Origin: Thermoplasmata archaeon
Lineage (GTDB): Archaea; Thermoplasmatota; Thermoplasmata; Sysuiplasmatales; Sysuiplasmataceae
Length of the DNA: 64,000 bases
Reading direction: 5' to 3'
Assembly (NCBI GenBank): GCA_021817225.1
Contig: JAKAVR010000001.1
Coordinates: 8,002-72,001, forward strand
The notes beneath the pieces were generated by a model. The model did no database searches. It worked only from the letters and a program-made list of their open reading frames with translations, and was not told the origin of the DNA. The first letter of the stretch is position 1; the number at the start of each line of letters is the position of its first letter. A program made the translations under genes and the position numbers. Shown here in pieces: positions 57,556-64,000 of the stretch.

Positions 57556-58020
57556 GAAATTAATGACAATCATGCTTACACAAATGTTGTTGTTCTTGAC
57601 GAACTACTCTATGTGTCAAAGAAGAAATATGGGGTACCTTATTCCACAACGCTTGATTTGATTGACTCAGCAATAGTCCCTTACGTCGACATCTTGAACA
57701 TAGATTTGAACACCTACACAACAATGAAAGAAATCCTCAGATACTGTCCTAAACCGAGCGATGCTCTTATTGCCGCAACAATGAAGAATTCCTCTATGGG
57801 TATCATTCTTAGCGAAGATGGCGGGTTTGATAAGATTCCGTTCATTGAGCGAAAGTGGATAGATCACTGAGATCGCCCTCTTATTCGTTTGACGATCTAT
57901 TTACTTCCAGATACGAGTGACCAGAATATGTAAGCGGTGTCTTAATAATCTGTTTATAAATATAATGTTGTTAAAATGCACCTTGTTGGATCTGATTGTA
58001 GGTGCATCCAAACCAAGACT

Positions 58021-58060
58021 GTGCGCGACTGCCGGATTATGCGCATTAGTGTTCGAATTC
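58021..58060 (+). repeat. cassette-boundary repeat, copy D (degenerate)
   Basis: 'GTGCGCGACTGCCGGATTATGCGCATTAGTGTTCGAATTC'. Ends 73 bp past the vapC-3 stop. Confidence 0.7.
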
Positions 58061-58132
58061 AATATAGGTCTTCATTGTAAGGGAAAAATCCAAGGTTGAC
58101 CGTTGACTTCAGTCACCCATAAGCCTCCAAAC

Positions 58133-58540
58133 TCACTGACTTGGCTGCTGTATTTCGAGACCACGAATTCTCCTGAATTCCTTCACATTGTTTGTAACAA
58201 GAGGAATACCGAGTGCCATTGCTGTTGCTCCAATTAGCATATCAAGCGACCCTATCGGTTTTCCGTTGTTTTCAAGGCTCGCTCTAATCTTTCCATAACA
58301 AACTGCGGCGTCATGGTCGAATTCGGCCACCTCCAGAGGCAGGAGAAACTTGTCCAGGGCTCTCTTGTTTCTCTCCTGACTCGAACTCTTCCGCACACCG
58401 TATTCCAATTCGGCAAGAGTTATCACCGAAATTCCCAACTCGCCTGCCTCATGTGCCCTGATCCATGGAAGGCTCCTGTCTCGGAATGCCTTGTTCCTGA
58501 TTAGGTCAATGCAATAGTCTGTGTCGAGCATGAGGATCAA
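58133..58540 (-). CDS. vapC: PIN-domain toxin (VapC-3)
   Basis: 'MLDTDYCIDLI' and 'PLVTNNVKEF' PIN motifs. ATGA overlap with vapB. Confidence 0.8.
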   Translation of the reverse strand: MILMLDTDYCIDLIRNKAFRDRSLPWIRAHEAGELGISVITLAELEYGVRKSSSQERNKRALDKFLLPLEVAEFDHDAAVCYGKIRASLENNGKPIGSLDMLIGATAMALGIPLVTNNVKEFRRIRGLEIQQPSQ

Positions 58541-58779
58541 TCGAACAGCTCCCCTCTCTTCTTCTGCAAAGGCTGTTTCCTTGATTCCATGAAGTCATCG
58601 GTGAACATTGATAGGCCTTCGACAAACACGTTCCAGACGTCTTCCATAGGCATCAACAACAGATTCACCCCATTCCTCTTGACATAGACCTCCTTGGCAT
58701 TTATCCGGAAATCGGCAGGGAGTCTGACTGCCTGGCTGTTTCCACTCTTGAAAACCTTAGCAGTCCTGATTTTTGGCAT
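58537..58779 (-). CDS. vapB: AbrB/SpoVT-fold antitoxin (VapB-3)
   Basis: 'KVFKSGNSQAVRLPADF'. Confidence 0.75.
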   Translation of the reverse strand: MPKIRTAKVFKSGNSQAVRLPADFRINAKEVYVKRNGVNLLLMPMEDVWNVFVEGLSMFTDDFMESRKQPLQKKRGELFD

Positions 58780-59007
58780 GATGATGTATATACATTAATG
58801 TATATATGTAGTTATCTAGGGGGCGCCCTTCCCATCATCTGATCCATAAGGGAGTGAAACGAGGAGGATCGCACAAACCGAAGAAGCAAAGTCAGTCAAT
58901 AATGTGGATTTTGCCCGATCTGGGTCTTCAGTTTCACTTTCTGGTGTGATGAAACTTCTTGTCACACTTTCTCCATGTTAGAACCTGATATCCAGATAGG
59001 GTATTCA

Positions 59008-59042
59008 CTGCGGTCGCGATATACGCATCAAGGTTCGAATCC
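59008..59042 (+). repeat. cassette-boundary repeat, copy E (internal deletion)
   Basis: 'CTGCGGTCGCGATATACGCATCAAGGTTCGAATCC'. Ends 42 bp past the fic stop. Confidence 0.75.
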
Positions 59043-59083
59043 TCGGTGACGGGCAATATCATTGATTTTCTAGAGCATTGCCT

Positions 59084-60010
59084 TCAATCTTTATTATTGC
59101 CCTGCGGCACGATCATTGTATATTGCTCCAATAGCAGATTTCCTAGGAACATGGCAAAGGATTTGTGGTTTCCTGCATCCCCTTTTTCCAATTCATTGTA
59201 GTATTGTTCCCTGTCAGTGAATTCCACTATGACAGGCGGAAACTTAGACCTTATGAGTATCCAGTTCATCATGAGCCTGGCAGTTCTTCCGTTCCCATCC
59301 GCAAATGGATGAATGTTAACGAGTCTGTTATGCACATAAGCCGCAAGTTCTACAGGATGGTTGCTCTTTCTCTTGCTGCGAATCTCCTCCATCAGTGAAT
59401 TAAGGAGCTTAGGGACCTCAGAGAATGTGGGCGGAATATGAGAAGAACCCGCAATTCTGACTTCACCGTCCCTGAATTTGCCTTGAATTCTGCAAGAAGT
59501 GTTCTTTGTTACCTCGTACTGCACTTTGCTCAAGAATCCATTGCTGAAAGGTCCTTTGTAGTTCTTGATAAAATCCCATGCATCTGCTGCGTTCAGGACT
59601 TCTATCACGTCATCCGTCCTTGCACCGGCAGGAGACACTCTATCACTGAGCAGCAGTGCAGTTTGCCGTAGGGTGAGCCTGTTGCCTTCTATCGCGTTTG
59701 TGTTGTAAGTGTATCGCACAAGAAAGTCTTTAGGTATTGCTTCAATCGGCTTTCTGTATACCGTGATCAGCGATGCTCTGATGTCATCCAGCTTCGCTAT
59801 CATGTCACTTTGCAGCCAAGTGGTTTTGAACCGGGGAGTTGACTGCTTTTCCAATTTGAAAAGATGCCTGCGCAATTCTTCAGGCGGGGGTATTTCTCTT
59901 CCAAGGAAAATTCTATACTTCTTTACAGTGGTGGCGTTGGCCCTCACGTTCTTGACCAGATAATAGTAATTGTGATTTCCATGCCGTTGAGTTTCGATGA
60001 AGGACATCAA
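59084..60010 (-). CDS. Fic/Doc-family protein (probable AMPylase)
   Basis: Fic motif 'HPFADGNGRTARL'. Confidence 0.8.
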   Translation of the reverse strand: MMSFIETQRHGNHNYYYLVKNVRANATTVKKYRIFLGREIPPPEELRRHLFKLEKQSTPRFKTTWLQSDMIAKLDDIRASLITVYRKPIEAIPKDFLVRYTYNTNAIEGNRLTLRQTALLLSDRVSPAGARTDDVIEVLNAADAWDFIKNYKGPFSNGFLSKVQYEVTKNTSCRIQGKFRDGEVRIAGSSHIPPTFSEVPKLLNSLMEEIRSKRKSNHPVELAAYVHNRLVNIHPFADGNGRTARLMMNWILIRSKFPPVIVEFTDREQYYNELEKGDAGNHKSFAMFLGNLLLEQYTMIVPQGNNKD

Positions 60011-60305
60011 GTATGGCTACGCTTTCCTTGATTTTAAATATTGTGGCCATAATGACCACTTTAGTATTATTACTGACTAAAGTAGCCATATAAGTCCATA
60101 TTCAAGTCAGGTTGTTTAGCAGATATGATGGACTCTCTGAATGAGCTGCAAGCGTGAGATAGTCACCGAATAGCATAAAAATGGATCTTCTGTAGCGGAC
60201 AGTAGGTGTTACCAGGTGAATTCGAGTCTCAAGGTTCGATTTTCGGTTACATGAACTGATTTTTTCGCTCACTTTAGGTTCGAATACAATGCCGCCATGG
60301 ATTAT

Positions 60306-60343
60306 GTGCGGCTGCCGGGATATACGCATTAAGGTTCGAATCC
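60306..60343 (+). repeat. cassette-boundary repeat, copy F (consensus; extended unit 60275-60343; extra half-site 60231-60244)
   Basis: 'GTGCGGCTGCCGGGATATACGCATTAAGGTTCGAATCC'. Ends 62 bp past the stop of the 408-aa gene. Confidence 0.85.
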
Positions 60344-60404
60344 AATCAGGGTGGAATTGTGGAGGTTGACAGAACTCAAGTTGCGAAGTTCAGGCTTGAT
60401 GAAT

Positions 60405-61631
60405 TTATTCCTCTTCGTGCTTCCGAAGCACCATCTGGGCTTCTAGAGGTATGCGCCTTTCGATCGAGGCTATCCAACTTACAAGCTCCTCTACGTTGCA
60501 GTTTTCCCCAGCCACTCGCAAATTCATGCTCTGGATGTTTAGGTATCGGAGAGCATTTTTGGCTTCTTCGGGCTCATCTTCCGAGTTGTAGGTGCTCACT
60601 GCCCAGCCGAATGGAATCAGCTCAGGCACTGTAGGCAACCAGTCATCTAGCCTTTCGTCGATATGTTCGAACGCATTTCTTACTCTGCGCGATATCATAG
60701 GATTCTCTCCTTTGATGCCCAGAATAAGCCGCAGCTCTCGCCCTCTCCTCACAGATCTACTGACCGCTTCAGGTCCTCTACCTTTATCAGGATTCGGCCA
60801 GAGAATGTGGGAAATGTTCGAAGCTGCTGAAAGCAAAGCATGAACCAAAAGCCAGATTCTCTGGTTCCATTGCCTCTTTCCTTTGTCATCAATCGGGGGT
60901 GGATCCTTCCCGGCCGATACAAAGGCCATAAACGCCGTAGCAATCTGGGCCGATTGTTCACGTAGTTCTACCATGAAGACAGCTAGTTCCCTAGCTTCTT
61001 CTGTCGAGCGTTGCAGTTCTTGCTCTGGCACTGGATCTTGGGCTATTATCGTTTTCAGAATACTGGCAGCTGCCTCTAAGGATCCAAATGCACTATTCTC
61101 AGTTATCCAAAGTTCCACCGCGCTGGTTATTTTACATATAGTGCTCAATGCAAAGTCTGTTTTCTGCGCTAGGCGGCTGCTAAAATTCCTCTTATTCCTC
61201 ACGAAATTGATTCGGTCTTCGATTTTAGTATCCACTATTTTCTTGTCTTTTGCTGATTGGATTATTCTACCCCAATCACTCTGGATATAGTCAAAGCTTA
61301 TGCGAAATACTCCTTCCTTCAGTCCGTTGCCTGGCTTCTTAACGACTTTCCTTATGACAGCAATGTATACAGCGGTTTCAATTGCTGCGCCACACATTAC
61401 AGCCGTGGCCAGATACGCACCATTTTGGAAGCAAGAGATGGACTCACGAAGGAGATCTATCGATGGCATGAAGAGAGTTGTTCTTTCAGTATCTAGTTTT
61501 TGTAATTCCAATCCACTCCAAAGTTCAGTTACTTTCACCTGTCTCGCCTTGCGATACTCATCGCATCTTGTGGGTCCGATGAATATTCCTGGTGTTTTCT
61601 GGTTTCTTAGGGCCCTTGGCTTGGTCGTCAT
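60405..61631 (-). CDS. hypothetical 408-aa protein with a possible HEPN-like R-x4-H motif
   Basis: 'RRVRNAFEHIDERL' fits R-x4-6-H. Otherwise no recognised domain. Cassette position. Confidence 0.4.
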   Translation of the reverse strand: MTTKPRALRNQKTPGIFIGPTRCDEYRKARQVKVTELWSGLELQKLDTERTTLFMPSIDLLRESISCFQNGAYLATAVMCGAAIETAVYIAVIRKVVKKPGNGLKEGVFRISFDYIQSDWGRIIQSAKDKKIVDTKIEDRINFVRNKRNFSSRLAQKTDFALSTICKITSAVELWITENSAFGSLEAAASILKTIIAQDPVPEQELQRSTEEARELAVFMVELREQSAQIATAFMAFVSAGKDPPPIDDKGKRQWNQRIWLLVHALLSAASNISHILWPNPDKGRGPEAVSRSVRRGRELRLILGIKGENPMISRRVRNAFEHIDERLDDWLPTVPELIPFGWAVSTYNSEDEPEEAKNALRYLNIQSMNLRVAGENCNVEELVSWIASIERRIPLEAQMVLRKHEEE

Positions 61632-61754
61632 GGGAAATGAGTATTCACCAATGCTTTACAAATCTCTTCTCGTCTAGGTTCATTTCGGCACTACACACGA
61701 ATGAGACTCAACTGGCTAGACAGGAAGTGTTTGTAGATCTAGGGGAACAGAGAC

Positions 61755-62932
61755 TATTGTTATGACAATTTAGATATTCGGTATATCTATATACACGCTT
61801 TCCCATATCCTGTCCGATGAGAAGGCTCGACATCATGCTGAATGACAAAGACATATCAAGACTCAGGAAGATCATAAAGAGCGGCATGGTGATGGTCAGG
61901 GCGGTGATGCGCGCCAATGTTCTGCTTCTGTCCGTTTCAGGGAAAGGAAACGACGACATCGCTCAGATACTCAACATCAACCGCGACACAGTACTCAGGA
62001 TAAAGAAAAGATACATGCAGGGCGGCATAGACATGGCTGTCTACGACGGAAAGAGGCCGGGACAGCCGAGGAAGTACACTGAAAAACAGATGGCGGAGAT
62101 AACGGCGCTCGCATGCACGAAGCCTCCGGGCGGCAGAAAGAGATGGTCTGTGCGCCTGCTGACGGACGAACTGAAGAGGAGGAAAGGCTTCAGGAGCATA
62201 AACAGGGAGACAGTCAGGCTCATTCTAAAAAAAACGGAACAAAGCCGTGGAAGAGAAGAATGTGGTGCATCCAGGCCATAGACAGCGAATACAGGAAGAG
62301 GATGTACGACGTGCTCGACCTCTATGCAAATCGAAGCAGAAGTGCTCATGTGATAGCCATCGATGAGAAACTGAAACAGATAGTATCGGACAGGAGAAAG
62401 ACCATACCGATGAAACCGGCTTCTCCTGAAAGGTATGACTACGAATACACGCGACACGGAAAGGCAAACATATTCATCGCCGTTGAACCGAAGAAGGGGA
62501 AGCGGATAGTAAAGGTGACGGAGAGAAGAACCAAAAGGGACTTTGCACTCTTCGTGAAGGAAGTCCTGAAAGAGTATCCGGAGGCAGGGAAAATCTGCGT
62601 GGTGCTGGACAATCTCAACACTCACTTTCCCGGTTCATTTGAGGAAGCGTTCGGAAGGGAGGAGAGGGAGAGGATCATGTCAAGGGTGGAATTCCATTAC
62701 ACACCGAAGCACGCAAGCTGGCTCAACATTGCAGAGATAGAGATCAATGTGATGGACATTGAATGCCCGGGAAGGAGATTCGAGAACAGGGAATCGCTGG
62801 AAAAGGAAACAGTTCTCTGGGCGGCGAAGAGAAACGCACAGAGAAAGAGGATAGAATGGGGATTCAACAGAAAACAGGCGGACAGGAAGCTGTCAAAATA
62901 TTATGCAACATAATTATATTGTCATGACACTA
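61755..62932 (+). mobile_element. IS630-family insertion sequence (about 1.18 kb), TA-flanked, imperfect 15-bp IRs
   Basis: Left 'TATTGTTATGACAAT' (61755-61769) versus right 'ATTGTCATGACACTA' (62918-62932), 13/15 complementary. TA at both outer ends. Confidence 0.65.
61817..62913 (+). CDS. IS630-family transposase, orfA/orfB joined by programmed -1 frameshift at an A8 run
   Basis: orfA 61817-62281 (HTH). orfB 62113-62913 (DDE 'VVLDNLNTH', 'HASWLNIAE'). Slippery AAAAAAAA at 62227-62234. orfB is in the -1 frame. Confidence 0.7.
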
Positions 62933-62965
62933 GACACGCTCTATTTGATAAGGGGATAAACTTGA

Positions 62966-63865
62966 CTACTGTTGAACTTCAAGTTCCCCTCTTTCAGCAA
63001 GAGATCTTATCTTCTTCTTCAGAACATCAACAAAACCCAATTCTCCCCTGAGTATGTTTTTTAACTCTTTACCTGAAAGTATCACAAAATTAGGTGCTTT
63101 CCCTACTTTCATTGCCTCCAAACCGTCTTCGGTAAAGCCATGTACCGAAATAAAGAGACCCCTAGTCCACGAACTCTTACGTTCAACCTTGTCGGAAAAA
63201 GATGCAAGATCAGATTTTGCAGCCTTTTTTGTCCTCCACCTTGCCTCCAGAAGATAGACTTCCGAGTCAAGGGTGAAAGAACCATCTACTTCTTCGCCAG
63301 TTACTCGAAATGGTTTTCCTGGATTTAATCCAAAATCCGAAAGGATGTCAAACAGCAATTCCTGGAACTCATATCCGCGGTTTTGGACATCTGGATTTGT
63401 TTCCATCAAGTCATATCTTTCACTAAATTCATGTAGTCTACTCCCTGAAATGTCCTCCATGTGCTTGGAATCATATAGATTGGATGACTCCTGCAGTAGC
63501 GAAAGGAAATCAGGATTGGACAACTCAGGTAGCACGAGTCCTAGATTCCTGATGGCCGTGTCGAGCAACACTACTTCCTCTTTGGTGACCGAATCGCCCT
63601 TCTTATCTCTGTATTTCATACCTTCTCTTACAATTGTGATTAGTAATGGGCCAAGGCATGCTTTTTCGAATGCACCTTCCAATAGACCCTGAAGTGCAGG
63701 GAGTTTGCTGCCGCCTGACCAATGAGCTTGAAGACCATGTCTCTGTGCAGCATCAGCAAAAGTGAATATGCGCCCAAAAGGAGGAGAAGATCCGGGAAGC
63801 CACTTGTAGAGCAGGGTGGCAATTTGGCTGATTAGTCTAGTTTGTCGGAAATCGGGCTTTGCCAT
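62966..63865 (-). CDS. Mrr-cat-like (PD-(D/E)xK) restriction-endonuclease-fold protein with uncharacterised N-terminal domain
   Basis: C-terminal 'VDGSF...YLLEARWR...GLFISVHGFTEDG' resembles the Mrr catalytic core. Tentative. Confidence 0.4.
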   Translation of the reverse strand: MAKPDFRQTRLISQIATLLYKWLPGSSPPFGRIFTFADAAQRHGLQAHWSGGSKLPALQGLLEGAFEKACLGPLLITIVREGMKYRDKKGDSVTKEEVVLLDTAIRNLGLVLPELSNPDFLSLLQESSNLYDSKHMEDISGSRLHEFSERYDLMETNPDVQNRGYEFQELLFDILSDFGLNPGKPFRVTGEEVDGSFTLDSEVYLLEARWRTKKAAKSDLASFSDKVERKSSWTRGLFISVHGFTEDGLEAMKVGKAPNFVILSGKELKNILRGELGFVDVLKKKIRSLAERGELEVQQ

Positions 63866-64000
63866 TCAAATTCAACCGTCGAATGAGTATTGAAATAGAT
63901 AATGACTTTTGATCGCGCTCACCGATGAAGTATATATCTGTAGGGCCTTTAAGTCTGGAAAAGCACTTGATACAATCAAGACACATCAGGAGGGCTGATA

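Larger units (their letters stand above)
56029..57870 (+). pseudogene. vapC: PIN-domain toxin gene (vapC-2) split by IS4-family insertion
   Basis: N-terminal fragment 56029-56145 ('VFIDTSLFVYL...') and C-terminal fragment 57556-57870 ('...DALIAATMKNSSMGIILSEDGGF'). Removing the IS and one TSD copy restores one in-frame ORF of about 135 aa. Confidence 0.7.

Noticed and set aside
51047-60343. Repeats as genuine tRNA genes or 3'-tRNA att fragments
   Set aside because: GGTTCGAATCC is T-loop-like, but no copy with flanks folds into a cloverleaf (no complementary T-stem 3' strand or acceptor stem). Conservation lies 5' of the motif, not through a tRNA 3' end. No tRNA feature was called.
51047-60343. 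CRISPR array
   Set aside because: The repeats are 1-3.3 kb apart, the 'spacers' are protein-coding cassettes, the repeat is not palindromic, and no cas genes are present.

Overview
This window looks like an archaeal chromosomal segment of about 55% GC. The evidence is an Orc1/Cdc6 gene, a split GMP synthase (guaAa and guaAb as separate genes), TATA-like boxes about 25-35 bp upstream of start codons, and S-layer/N-glycosylation-type genes. It is possibly from a Thermoplasmatota-like lineage, but that is inference only.

Positions 1-50,700 are mostly core metabolism on both strands with little intergenic space:
- an N-glycosylation-like cluster (two GT4 glycosyltransferases, a DedA-like membrane protein, and a membrane-anchored FKBP domain protein rich in N-glycosylation sequons)
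- asnS, gcvT and orc1/cdc6
- a 1177-aa multi-GAF protein
- guaAb, an orphan beta-class DNA methyltransferase, a PfkB kinase, ahcY and guaAa
- ribD-C/arfC, two cation:proton antiporters, and an HxlR/GNAT pair
- a lysine DAP-pathway operon (dapA-dapB-lysA plus a putative dapL)
- acetoacetyl-CoA synthetase, an Nramp transporter and an HtrA protease
- a complete-looking coproporphyrin-dependent heme cluster (chdC/hemQ-hemE-cpfC/hemH, cgoX/hemY, hemB-hemC-hemD)
- a two-DTG aspartic-protease-like protein, a NUDIX hydrolase and an MFS transporter.

From about 51,000 to the window end the character changes to an accessory/mobile region. Six direct copies of a roughly 38-bp repeat (consensus GTGCGGCTGCCGGGATATACGCATTAAGGTTCGAATCC, with a tRNA T-loop-like GGTTCGAATCC) partition 1-1.8-kb cassettes. 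The cassettes carry three VapBC toxin-antitoxin pairs (one vapC split by an IS4-family insertion with a 10-bp target-site duplication), a zinc-ribbon membrane protein, a Fic protein and a HEPN-like protein. An IS1634/IS4-like element with perfect 34-bp terminal inverted repeats, an IS630-family element with an A8 -1 frameshift site, and an Mrr-cat-like nuclease gene are also present. I read this array as integron-like or as tandem site-specific integrations. No recombinase gene is visible in the window. No rRNA, tRNA or CRISPR array was found.
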